64,000 nucleotides of DNA from Anaerolineales bacterium (lineage in GTDB: Bacteria > Chloroflexota > Anaerolineae > Anaerolineales > RBG-16-64-43), in NCBI GenBank assembly GCA_016932475.1, contig JAFGCU010000120.1, forward strand, positions 4,562 through 68,561, read 5' to 3'. This document shows positions 32,353 to 41,629 of this stretch, piece after piece. The notes beneath the pieces are model-generated. The model had not been told where the DNA came from. It searched no databases and worked only from the letters and a program-made list of their open reading frames with translations. Each line of letters opens with the position of its first letter. Within the stretch, counting starts at the first letter, position 1. The position numbers and the translations under genes were made by a program.

Positions 32353-33849
32353 ATGAACGAAGAACTCTTCCAATCCCATGAAGCGCTGACCTTCGACGAT
32401 CTTCTGATCATCCCCGGATACACCTCGGTGCTTCCGGATCAGACCGACGTGCGCGCAAAACTTACCCGCGAGATCCCGCTCAACATCCCGGTCATTTCGG
32501 CGGCGATGGATACCGTGACCGAAGCGCGGATGGCGATCGCCCTGGCGCGCGAAGGCGGGCTGGGAATCATGCACCGGAATCTCTCGATCGAGGCTCAGGC
32601 GGCGTTCGTCGAGCAGGTCAAACGGTCCGAATCCGGGATGATCACCGACCCGGTCACCCTGGATCCCTCCGCCACGCTTCAGGAAGCGGAAGACCTGATG
32701 GGTAAATTCCACATCTCCGGCATTCCGATCACCGAAAAAGGCAGCGGCGGCAAGCTGGTGGGGATCCTCACCAACCGGGATATCCGCTTCCTCGAGCCGG
32801 GGGATTTCCACAAGCCGGTCAGCGAATTCATGACCCGCGAGGGGCTGGTCACCGCGCCGGTCGGGACGACGCTCGAGCAGGCGAAGGCCATCCTCCAAAA
32901 GCACCGCATCGAGAAACTTCCCCTGGTGGACAAGAACGGCAAACTGAAGGGATTGATCACCGTCAAGGACATTCAGAAGAAGATGGATTTCCCGAAAGCT
33001 GCGGTGGACGCCCAGGGCAGGCTGCGGACGGGCGCCGCGGTCGGGGTGGGCGCGGACCTGGAAACCCGGGTCGGGGCGCTGGTCGAGGCCGGGGTGGACC
33101 TGGTTGCGATTGACACCGCCCACGGGCATTCGGCCGGTGTGATCCAGGCGATATCGCGGATCAAGAAGCAGTGGCCAAAACTTCCGGTTACGGCCGGAAA
33201 CGTGGTCACCGCCGAGGCGACCGAAGCGCTGATCGCCGCCGGGGCCGACGCGATAAAAGTCGGCGTCGGGGCCGGTTCGATCTGCACCACCCGCATCATT
33301 TCCGGCGCGGGCATGCCTCAGATGACCGCCATCTGGCAGTGCGCGCGCGCCGCGCGCCCGAAGGGGATCCCGATCATCGCCGACGGCGGGATCAAATACT
33401 CAGGCGATATCGTCAAGGCGCTGGTCGCGGGGGCGAGCGTGGTCATGCTCGGCGCTCTGCTTGCGGGCCTCGATGAATCTCCGGGCGAGGTGGTGCTCTA
33501 CGAAGGCCGCCGGTTCAAGGAACACCGCGGGATGGGTTCGCTTGGCGCGATGCAGGGTTTCGGCCGCGACCGGTACGCTTCCGCCCAGGGAGAATCCAGC
33601 GGCAGCGGGAAGCTTGTCCCCGAGGGGATTGAGGCGATGATCGCCTACAAGGGGAAGCTCACGGACTACGTGTATCAGCTCGTCGGCGGCTTGCGATCGG
33701 GGATGGGTTACGCCGGCGCGGCGACGATCGCGGACCTGCAGGATAAAACCGGCCTGGTCAAGATTTCCCACGCCGGGTTGATCGAAAGCCACCCGCACGA
33801 CGTCATGATTACCAAGGAAGCGCCGAACTACCAATCGCCGAGGTCATAA
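32353..33849 (+). CDS. guaB: IMP dehydrogenase
   Basis: Has [17 protein letters not shown], a CBS pair, [11 protein letters not shown] (catalytic Cys loop) and [14 protein letters not shown] precedes the ATG at 32353. Confidence 0.92.
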   Translation: MNEELFQSHEALTFDDLLIIPGYTSVLPDQTDVRAKLTREIPLNIPVISAAMDTVTEARMAIALAREGGLGIMHRNLSIEAQAAFVEQVKRSESGMITDPVTLDPSATLQEAEDLMGKFHISGIPITEKGSGGKLVGILTNRDIRFLEPGDFHKPVSEFMTREGLVTAPVGTTLEQAKAILQKHRIEKLPLVDKNGKLKGLITVKDIQKKMDFPKAAVDAQGRLRTGAAVGVGADLETRVGALVEAGVDLVAIDTAHGHSAGVIQAISRIKKQWPKLPVTAGNVVTAEATEALIAAGADAIKVGVGAGSICTTRIISGAGMPQMTAIWQCARAARPKGIPIIADGGIKYSGDIVKALVAGASVVMLGALLAGLDESPGEVVLYEGRRFKEHRGMGSLGAMQGFGRDRYASAQGESSGSGKLVPEGIEAMIAYKGKLTDYVYQLVGGLRSGMGYAGAATIADLQDKTGLVKISHAGLIESHPHDVMITKEAPNYQSPRS

Positions 33850-33864
33850 CCCAAAACCATTCTC

Positions 33865-33962
33865 ACCGCAAAGTCGCGAAGGACGCGAAGAATATAAAAA
33901 TATTTTTCCCTCTGCGTTCTTTGCGTCCCTGGCCCAGCCCGACCAGGGCGGGCTTTGCGGTG
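33865..33962 (+). terminator. Compound hairpin element after guaB (family B, 'accgcaaag...ctttgcggt' type)
   Basis: Outer stem caccgcaaag/ctttgcggtg. Inner stems ggacgcgaagaa/ttctttgcgtcc and ccctgg/ccaggg. Related hairpins follow the stops at 41484 and 42988. Confidence 0.6.
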
Positions 33963-34002
33963 AAAGGGTTTTCTTCGCCTTACTTCTTCTCCCCCGCCGG
34001 TT
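33879..34002 (+). repeat. Direct repeat copy 1 (124 nt) of the 3' end/downstream region of the GGDEF gene
   Basis: Identical to 34254-34379 except for a T5 vs T7 run and two substitutions (counted by hand). It includes a silent copy of the last 23 nt of the GGDEF ORF. Confidence 0.9.
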
Positions 34003-34253
34003 AAGAAAGCGCGTTCGCCGACCCTGGGCTCGGGATCCCAAAATATATCACCGCCTCTTCCGGTTATTTGTTTAATCGAGGATAAATTATTGGAGCGCAA
34101 TTATTAGCCCCAAAGGGGGCAGAGTACACAAAATAATTCTTGAATATTTTCGGGTATATCCGTTTCGTATCGGAAAATTCTATGTACTCTTTGTTGCGGT
34201 TTTTCGCATCCCTGCGATGAGCAATCGCGAACGCAGAATAATAATCAGCCACA

Positions 34254-34379
34254 AAGGACGCGAAGAATATAAAAATATTTTTTTCCCTCTGCGTGCTCTG
34301 CGTCCCTGGCCCAGCCCGACCAGGGCGGGCTTTGCGGTGAAAGGGTTTTCTTCGCCTTACTTCTTCTCCCCCGCCGGTT
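34254..34379 (+). repeat. Direct repeat copy 2 (126 nt), overlapping the true 3' end of the GGDEF gene
   Basis: See 33879-34002. The two copies bracket a 251-bp segment that is mostly AT-rich. Confidence 0.9.
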
Positions 34380-37029
34380 CGGAAAGCGTATCCGCCTCCC
34401 CGGTCCCCTTCCGCGACTTCTCGCCGCGCGCCGGCTCCGCGGGTGCGGTGTACGGCCAGGGCATCGGCTCGGGAACGCGCGTCCGGTTGCGTCCGGTTTG
34501 CTTGGCGTCATACAGCCAGCGGTCGGCTTCATCGATCAGCCGGTGCACGTCGTTGGCGTCCTCCGGGAAGGTCGCCCCGCCCGCCGATACGGTGATCGAG
34601 ATCGATTTATCGTCCACCAGGAACGGCTGCATTGCGATTCCCTGCCTGAGCCGCTCGCCCACACCGGCCAGGGAACTCGCCGGCGTGCCGGGCAGAATGA
34701 CCGCGAACTCCTCGCCGCCGTAGCGCGCGAGGATATCCACCGCGCGCAGCTCTTCCTTGATCCGGCGCGCCACCATCTGCAGGATCCGGTCGCCGATCGG
34801 GTGGCCGTGGGTGTCGTTGACCAGTTTAAAATGATCGATGTCGTAAATGAGGAGCGAAACCGGGTACCCGATCCGCCGCGCGCGGTCGATCTCCAATTGC
34901 AGCTGCTCGTGGAAGTAACGCCGGTTGTAGATCCCGGTGACGAAATCGGTGATCGAAGCCTGCTCCACTTCGCCGAAGGTCAGCGCGTTGAGAAGCGCCA
35001 AAGCGGCGTGGCCAGCCAGGCTCTCCAGGCGGCTGGCATGGTCGGCGGAATAATATCCGCGCTCGGCTTTGTCCATCGAGAGGAATCCCAGCAGCTGTTC
35101 GCCCGTCACCAGCGGCGCGCCGACCCACGAACCCACATGCCAGGTCGGTCCGATCGACTGCCAGCCCGGATCGGTCTGGACGTCCGGGATGAAGTGCGGG
35201 TGAAGCGTGGTGGCCATGTGGTGAATGCCGCTCAGGCGTTCGATCGGCAAGTCCAGCCGCGCGATCCACTCCGTGAGTCCGAAGCGCTCGTATCCGCGGT
35301 GCGAAGCCACCCGCACCCGGTCGCCCTGGAGCAGCATGACGTTGGCGCTGTCGAAGGGAACCACCCGGCCGATCTGTTCGAGCAGCGTTTCGAGAATGGT
35401 GCCCGCCCGCAGCGAGCCGGAGAGGATCAACCCGATGTCGCGCAGGGTCTCGGCCAGGATCCGCTGCTGGTGTTCACTCTCGTAAAGCCGGGCGTTCACC
35501 AGCGCCAGGGCGGCCTGCTCGGCCGGCACCCGCAGGCGCTGGAGTTCGAGCGCGGAAAACGACCGGTTGTTCTGGCGGCTGTACAACCGCAGGAGACCGA
35601 GCGCCTTGCCCCCCGCCCACAATGGGATCATCAGCAACGCGCCGTAATGCAGCTGGCGCAGGAGGGCCGCCTCGCTCGGGTGAACCTGCGGATCGTCGAT
35701 CCGCAGCAGCAGCGGATCGCTGCCTTTAAGCACCTGCATGCTCACCGGAGAATCCGCGAGCGCATACCCGGTCCCGAATTCGCGGTCGGTCCGTTCCCCG
35801 AACGCCGAATACGCCGCGAGAGTCCGGACCTGGCCCTGCTCCATGTCGACCGAGGCGATGACGCAGGCATCCATCCGCGCCGTCCAGACCAGCAGCACGG
35901 CGATCTGCTGCAGCAGTTCCTCGAGGTCGAGCGTGGACGTGACCACCCGCGCCATATCGACGATCATCCGCAGGTCGGATTCGCGCTGGCGGCTTTCCTC
36001 GAGCAGGCGGAGGCGCTCGATCGTCCCGGCCGCCTGCACCGCGTACAGCGTAAGCCCGTCCATCTCCGCCTGCGAGAAGGTATGCGGGAGCGAGTAGCGG
36101 ACCGAAAGCACGCCGATCACCTGGTTGCGGATCTTGAGCGGCAGGCCGACCAGCGTGACGACGCCCTTCGCGCTCAGCAGTTCGCGATCCTCCGGCGGCG
36201 TCAGCTCCTCCGTCAGGAGCACTTTGGGAGTCCCGGCGGCCAGGATTTCCGTCACCAATGATTCCGGATGCGGGACGGTCTCGTCGAGGATCTCGCGCCC
36301 GGCGTTGTCCACCCCGTGGCTGAGCGAGATCTTCCCCTCCTGGTCGATCAGGTACACGATCGCGGATTGGGCGGTGGTCGCCATCAAGGCGAACTTGGCT
36401 GTGAGTTCCAGAGCCTGGGGGAAGGTGGTGGCGGCGATGATCCGGCTGCCGAATTCGTAGAACCGGGTGAGCTGGATATTGGCCGTCTGGGATTGCGCAA
36501 ACAGGCGTGATCCGAACAGCAGCACGGCGATGTGCCCGGCCAGGCTTTCCAGCCAGGCGGTCTCTTCCGCGCTGAAGCGGTGCGGCTCCGAGTCGTTAAG
36601 ATCCAGCACGCCAAGGATCTGGCCGCCGGAAATGAGCGGCAGGCTGACCTGGGATTTCATCCCCAGAGCGCGCAGCGGCTCGCCGAGGATCGGCTCGTCG
36701 GCGGAGTGTTCGACGGCGATCATCTTCCGGGATTGATACGCCCGCCCGGCGATGACCTCGCCGGCTACCAGCCTCCGCCGCCGTTCCTCCGGCCCAATGC
36801 GCGCGCCGGCTTCCGCCATCAGGTGCAGGACCTCCCCGCCGTCGCCGGTGAGATAGATCGCGGCCGACGGCATTCCGCTGAAGGTAATCGCGGCATCGAG
36901 CAGGTCCGGCAGCAGGTTTTCGATGCTGCGGATGGACGCGGATTTTTCGACCAGCTTGCCGAGGAAATTCAATAATTCGGGGAGGGATTTCCCGAACGGC
37001 GAGGACTGTGCCTGGATCGGATCGGTCAT
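34357..37029 (-). CDS. Multi-GAF-domain diguanylate cyclase (GGEEF active site, RxxD I-site)
   Basis: 890 aa from the ATG at 37029 (MTDPIQAQ). Repeated GAF-like units, then a C-terminal GIYNRRYF...IYDIDHFKLVNDTHGH...RAVDILARYGGEEF. The start overlaps the rpe stop (ATGA). Confidence 0.85.
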   Translation of the reverse strand: MTDPIQAQSSPFGKSLPELLNFLGKLVEKSASIRSIENLLPDLLDAAITFSGMPSAAIYLTGDGGEVLHLMAEAGARIGPEERRRRLVAGEVIAGRAYQSRKMIAVEHSADEPILGEPLRALGMKSQVSLPLISGGQILGVLDLNDSEPHRFSAEETAWLESLAGHIAVLLFGSRLFAQSQTANIQLTRFYEFGSRIIAATTFPQALELTAKFALMATTAQSAIVYLIDQEGKISLSHGVDNAGREILDETVPHPESLVTEILAAGTPKVLLTEELTPPEDRELLSAKGVVTLVGLPLKIRNQVIGVLSVRYSLPHTFSQAEMDGLTLYAVQAAGTIERLRLLEESRQRESDLRMIVDMARVVTSTLDLEELLQQIAVLLVWTARMDACVIASVDMEQGQVRTLAAYSAFGERTDREFGTGYALADSPVSMQVLKGSDPLLLRIDDPQVHPSEAALLRQLHYGALLMIPLWAGGKALGLLRLYSRQNNRSFSALELQRLRVPAEQAALALVNARLYESEHQQRILAETLRDIGLILSGSLRAGTILETLLEQIGRVVPFDSANVMLLQGDRVRVASHRGYERFGLTEWIARLDLPIERLSGIHHMATTLHPHFIPDVQTDPGWQSIGPTWHVGSWVGAPLVTGEQLLGFLSMDKAERGYYSADHASRLESLAGHAALALLNALTFGEVEQASITDFVTGIYNRRYFHEQLQLEIDRARRIGYPVSLLIYDIDHFKLVNDTHGHPIGDRILQMVARRIKEELRAVDILARYGGEEFAVILPGTPASSLAGVGERLRQGIAMQPFLVDDKSISITVSAGGATFPEDANDVHRLIDEADRWLYDAKQTGRNRTRVPEPMPWPYTAPAEPARGEKSRKGTGEADTLSEPAGEKK

Positions 37030-37727
37030 GACGGAACCGCGGCGGAAAGCGCGGCTGCGCGCAGCGCGCGGACGGCGTCGCCGATCGGAACCGCCGCCCG
37101 GAATATGGACACGCCCGCCACCAGAACGCTGGCACCCGCCTCCACAAGGGTGGCGGCGTTGGCGGTTGAAATGCCGCCATCGACTTCCAATTCCGCCATG
37201 GAGTTGGCGGCCGTCAGCCATTCGCGGATCCGCTTGATGCGCGCCACGGCCTCCGGCAGGAACTTCTGCCCGCCGAACCCCGGTTCGACCGACATGACCA
37301 GGATCTGGTCCGCATAGGGCAGGCCGGCCTGGATCGAGAGCAAGGGAGTTCTCGGCCGCAGGGTCAGCCCGCTGCGCGCCTTATGCGTGCGGATCATCTT
37401 GAGCGTGCCGAACACATCCTTGGAGGCTTCCACCTGGATGGTGATGATATCGGCTCCGGCGAGGGCGAACTGGGGGACAAAACGCTCGGGTTCCTCGATC
37501 ATCAGGTGCACGTCGACGACGGCGCCGGCCTTATGGACCATCGGCGCCAGGGCCTCGACGACGACCGGGCCGACGGAAATATTCGGGACGAACTGTCCAT
37601 CCATGACGTCCATATGGATGTATTCCGCGCCGGCTTCGAGCGCCTGCGCGACCTGATCCCCCAGATGAAGGAAATCGGCGGCCAGAATGGATGGTGCGAT
37701 TTTTATCGTGGATGGCATGACACGCAT
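37026..37727 (-). CDS. rpe: Ribulose-phosphate 3-epimerase
   Basis: Contains KIAPSILAADF, HMDVMDGQFVPN, MSVEPGFGGQKF and VDGGI. The start is 37727 (MRVM) or 37718 (MPST). Confidence 0.88.
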   Translation of the reverse strand: MRVMPSTIKIAPSILAADFLHLGDQVAQALEAGAEYIHMDVMDGQFVPNISVGPVVVEALAPMVHKAGAVVDVHLMIEEPERFVPQFALAGADIITIQVEASKDVFGTLKMIRTHKARSGLTLRPRTPLLSIQAGLPYADQILVMSVEPGFGGQKFLPEAVARIKRIREWLTAANSMAELEVDGGISTANAATLVEAGASVLVAGVSIFRAAVPIGDAVRALRAAALSAAVPS

Positions 37728-38153
37728 TTTCCCGGGCGGATCTCCGGCTTGCCATTCCGAGGAGCGCCGTCCCGTGGAAGCGGCTGCTTCTCTGCCCACC
37801 GGCACAGTCATCCCTGCGTCAAAACCGGAGCTGGCGGGGATGCTTCCGGAGGGCGTGCGCGCACGGGTTCGGTGCCCGGCATGAATATCCGGCGTTGGGT
37901 TAATTTTACTCCTATTGGTAAAAGGCATTCTTGGAGAAAAATTGCGGGGGTTTTCCGCACCCGGCACACCAAATCCACACCGGTCATTCACAAAAAAGGG
38001 CTGTCTTCGCCCGGGTCCTTCACCCGCCCGAGCGATGATGGATGCTCGGGGATAGCGGGACAATCCGCCATTTCCGCGCCTGTCCTCGCGCCACGCGGGC
38101 GCTCTTGGCGCATGCCGCCCAAGCCCCGTCTTTTTCTCCCGCTTCCAAACGCG

Positions 38154-39461
38154 TTACGCCTGAGCGTCCGCGACAACCGCTGCAATCGCCGCGCCGATGC
38201 CGGAACCGTCCTTGATCAGGCGTGTGGTCACGCTGCGGGCGCCCGGCCCCAGGACGGCCTCCAGACCGGCGCGGATGCCCGCGTCGTAACCCGGCATGTG
38301 CGCGTAGAGCGAACCGTCGATCGCCACCACATGCCCGCGTCCGAGCCCGGGATCAAGGTAGCGCACTACCCCCGCATAGGTGGCGCCCGCCAGCCGGGCG
38401 GAGCGTCCGGTGACACTCTCCACCAGCTTCCGAATGGACAGCAGCTGCTCCTTCGACAAATCCGTCAGCGCCAATTGGGTTTGCGCCACGCTTTTTGTTT
38501 TGCCGCAATCCGGCCCGTCCTTGAGCACCTGGGTCAGGTTAACGCCGGTAAGCGTTCCGCGATCCCAGCTTTTGTTTGCGGCGGGGAGCAACCCTTCGGC
38601 GGTCATCGCCCGAAGCGCGGCCAGCACCACTTCGCCAAGGTAGGCTCCGGAGACCTGCTTTTCGAGCAGTTGCGCCCCGGGGTAGCCGCTGGCGTCGTTC
38701 ACCGCCCGGTCGAACGGGGTGAGCGTTACTCCGTCGAAGTTGCCCGATTCCATATTCACGATCATCGGCTGCCCCGTAAGCGGATGGCAGGGTTCAAGGT
38801 AGCAGGTGTTGTGGCCCGTTCCGCAGATGCTGCCGAGGTCGACATCCCGCAGCTGATAGGCGGCCGCGATCAGCGTTCCGACCGTATCGTTGATAACCGC
38901 CCGGGGCCGGACGTGGCGCACGCCCTGGCGCTCGAGCGCTTCGGTCAGCAACGGCGTCACATCCCGCCCTTCGACGCCGCTCGTCCGGATCTCCTTGGTC
39001 CATTGGATCAGTACCGCCTGATTGATGCCCTCCTGCCGGCATGGAAAGGAGAAGGTGTGCCCGAGCGGCAGTATCGCGCTTTCGCCCGCCAGCACATCGG
39101 CCACATGGCGCGCAATGAAGTCGAAGAGCTCCTCCGCCCGGGTCTGCGCGCGGGTATGGTCGTAAGTCCCCTTGGGATCCTTCAGGCAGAAGGAACTGGA
39201 TTTTTCAGACTGCGCCCGGCCGTCGGCCAGACGAACCCTGAGGACCCGGACGTTGGTTCCGCCGAAATCGACCGCGACAGCATCGCCCCGCTCGCCGCCG
39301 CCCGGCCGGGCGAGATAGGAGGGCAGCATTCGGAGCGAACTCGGCCGCCCGGCAAGTCCCTCGCGCATGGCCGTCTCGAAGCGCGCGGCGACAAGCTTCA
39401 GCGCTTCGGACGTGAGATCGAGCTGACCGCGGGCTTCTTTCATAAAGTCGGCAAGGCCCAT
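38154..39461 (-). CDS. Hexokinase-family (eukaryote-type) sugar kinase
   Basis: LRMLPSYL...AVDFGGTNVRVLRV, LGHTFSFP and INDTVGTL are hexokinase_1/2 signatures. The start MGLADF at 39461 follows AGGAG. Confidence 0.8.
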   Translation of the reverse strand: MGLADFMKEARGQLDLTSEALKLVAARFETAMREGLAGRPSSLRMLPSYLARPGGGERGDAVAVDFGGTNVRVLRVRLADGRAQSEKSSSFCLKDPKGTYDHTRAQTRAEELFDFIARHVADVLAGESAILPLGHTFSFPCRQEGINQAVLIQWTKEIRTSGVEGRDVTPLLTEALERQGVRHVRPRAVINDTVGTLIAAAYQLRDVDLGSICGTGHNTCYLEPCHPLTGQPMIVNMESGNFDGVTLTPFDRAVNDASGYPGAQLLEKQVSGAYLGEVVLAALRAMTAEGLLPAANKSWDRGTLTGVNLTQVLKDGPDCGKTKSVAQTQLALTDLSKEQLLSIRKLVESVTGRSARLAGATYAGVVRYLDPGLGRGHVVAIDGSLYAHMPGYDAGIRAGLEAVLGPGARSVTTRLIKDGSGIGAAIAAVVADAQA

Positions 39462-39894
39462 GATTTGCTCCTGCACGTAAAAAATAAAGGATTGGCCGGA
39501 AGCCGGATTTGCCGGATGAGGCTCATTATACTTAATCCGCGCCCGGGTTTCATATCCATACGGGCATCTGCCGCTGACAGGGACGGCAAAAAGCGTCCTG
39601 CGGGACCAAGCAAACGGCGGGCTCTCCTCCGATATTTCTTGCCCCCCTCCGGATAGACCGGTATACTTCCCGTGTTCTGAAAACCGACAATCGACCATGG
39701 CTGCGGTATAAATGGAAACCTTTCCCGTGTACGAGTCCGCACGGCGGGTTGGGCATTGGGGAATCGGAATCTTTTAAAAGCGCGAATCCCCGGTCCGCCC
39801 TCCCCTATCGATGCAACGGTGGATCAGTTTTTACCTGTCCGGCCGCCCCTTGCGGGCGGCCATCCCGGTGGACGGCCCATACAAGGTGAACGCA

Positions 39895-41484
39895 ATGCTT
39901 CCCGATTACCGCATCCGCCAGCGCGACGTCCTGCTCGAAATCATCCGCACCATCACCCAGGAACTGGATCTGGACCGGGTGCTGGAGAAAATCCTGCGCG
40001 CCTCGGTCGAGATCCTCAACGGCCAGGCCGGGATCATCGCGCTGCCGGGCAGCGGCCTTTCGGAATCCGGCTCGTGGCGGATCGCCGCCTCGGTCGGCAT
40101 GGCGCCCGCCTTCCTCAAATCGCTGGACATTATTTTGCGCGAGCTCCCGCAAACGGATGACGCCCAGCATCTCCTGCTCCCGGAAATCGACCGCCGCCTG
40201 CGGCGCCTGACCCATGAAGCTTCGCTCGGCTGGCTGGCTTCCCTCGGCCTGCCGATGGTGACGCGCGGGACGGTCGTCGGCGCGGCCTACATCTTCCGCA
40301 CCGGGCCGGTCAGCTTCACCGAGAACGAGCGCGCGCTGCTGCAATCCTTCGCGGATCAGGCCGCGGTGGCGGTGGCGAACGCGCGCCTGTTCGCCCTGGT
40401 GCGCGAGGAAAAGCAGCGGATGGACGCGATTCTGGATTCGTCCGCCGAGGGCATCGCCATCCTCGGACCCGACAACCGCATCCAGCGTTTCAACCGCGCG
40501 ATCGCCCGGCTCTCGGGCGTCACGCCGGAGGAAGCCGTCGGCCTCCCGCACGACGACGTGCTGCGCTTCACCGCCATCCAGACCGGGCGCACGCTTTCCC
40601 AGGCGGAGGCCGGCGGCTGGCCGCTTTCGGACCGGGCCACGCTCTACCTGGAGGCGGATCTCGTCCGCGCGGCGGGCGGGCCGCTCTCGGTCGGCGCGAC
40701 CTACGCGCCCGTGTTCACCCAGGATCGGAACCTCCTCAACATCGTCATCGGGATGCGCGATCTCACCCGCTTCCGCGAAGCGGAGGAAATGAAGGATACG
40801 TTCATCTCGATCATCAGCCACGAATTGAAAACCCCCGTCGCGCTGATCAAAGGCTACGCCAGCACCCTCCGCCGCGAGGACGTCCACTGGGAGCGGCAGG
40901 TGGTCGCGGATTCGCTTTCGGTGATCGAAGAGGAAGCCGACCGCCTGACCGTGCTGATTGACGACCTGCTGGATGCCTCGCGCCTGCAGGTCGGCGGGCT
41001 CTCCCCGAATTACTGCGAGGTGGATATCCCGCGGCTGGCCGCGCGGGTCGCCGAGCGCGCCACCCGCCAGTTCCCGGGCCGCGTGATCCGGACCAGGTTC
41101 CCGCCGGCCTTCCCGCTTGTCTCGGCCGACGAGACTCGCATCAGCCAGGTGCTCACCAACCTCGTTTCCAACGCGGTTAAATATTCCGCGCCGGAATCAG
41201 CGGTCGAGATTCACGGCGTCGCGGCCCCGGAGGAAGTAACCGTCACGGTCGAGGATCAGGGCTACGGGATCGACGGCAAGGATCTTCCATATGTATTCGA
41301 TCGGTTCTACCGCGGTCCGGAGAACGCCAAGCGGACCAAGGGCGCGGGGCTGGGGTTGTACCTCGCGAAAGCGGTGGTGGAAGCGCACGGCGGCAGGATC
41401 TGGATCGAAAGCCAGCCCGGTCGGGGGACCCGAGCGTCGTTCACCCTCCCGCGCACACCGGAATCCGCCGTAAAAAAAATCTAA
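39895..41484 (+). CDS. Sensor histidine kinase (GAF + PAS + HisKA + HATPase_c), cytoplasmic, no adjacent response regulator
   Basis: FISIISHELKTPVALIKGYAS is the H-box, followed by the N box NLVSNAVKY and the G boxes DQGYGI and GAGLGLYLAK. AAGGTGA precedes the ATG at 39895. Confidence 0.85.
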   Translation: MLPDYRIRQRDVLLEIIRTITQELDLDRVLEKILRASVEILNGQAGIIALPGSGLSESGSWRIAASVGMAPAFLKSLDIILRELPQTDDAQHLLLPEIDRRLRRLTHEASLGWLASLGLPMVTRGTVVGAAYIFRTGPVSFTENERALLQSFADQAAVAVANARLFALVREEKQRMDAILDSSAEGIAILGPDNRIQRFNRAIARLSGVTPEEAVGLPHDDVLRFTAIQTGRTLSQAEAGGWPLSDRATLYLEADLVRAAGGPLSVGATYAPVFTQDRNLLNIVIGMRDLTRFREAEEMKDTFISIISHELKTPVALIKGYASTLRREDVHWERQVVADSLSVIEEEADRLTVLIDDLLDASRLQVGGLSPNYCEVDIPRLAARVAERATRQFPGRVIRTRFPPAFPLVSADETRISQVLTNLVSNAVKYSAPESAVEIHGVAAPEEVTVTVEDQGYGIDGKDLPYVFDRFYRGPENAKRTKGAGLGLYLAKAVVEAHGGRIWIESQPGRGTRASFTLPRTPESAVKKI

Positions 41485-41553
41485 CCGCAGAGTCGCAGAG
41501 ATCGCAGAGAAAAAAAATAAAGAATTTCTCTGCGTCCTTTGCGGCTTCGCGGT
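41484..41553 (+). terminator. Family B imperfect hairpin after the histidine kinase gene
   Basis: accgcagagtcgcagagatcgcagagaaa ... tttctctgcgtcctttgcggcttcgcggt. An A-rich/T-rich loop. Confidence 0.5.
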
Positions 41554-41629
41554 GAAAAGGTTTTACAGTCATCTTGATAGGAATACATCTCCCGGGTAGA
41601 ATGGACCATCTCCACCCGAAAGGTACGCC

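Noticed and set aside
34064-34252. 62-aa ORF inside the AT-rich insert between the direct repeats.
   Set aside because: There is no ribosome-binding site. Its composition is atypical for this genome and the sequence has no recognisable features. It is treated as non-coding pending transcript data.
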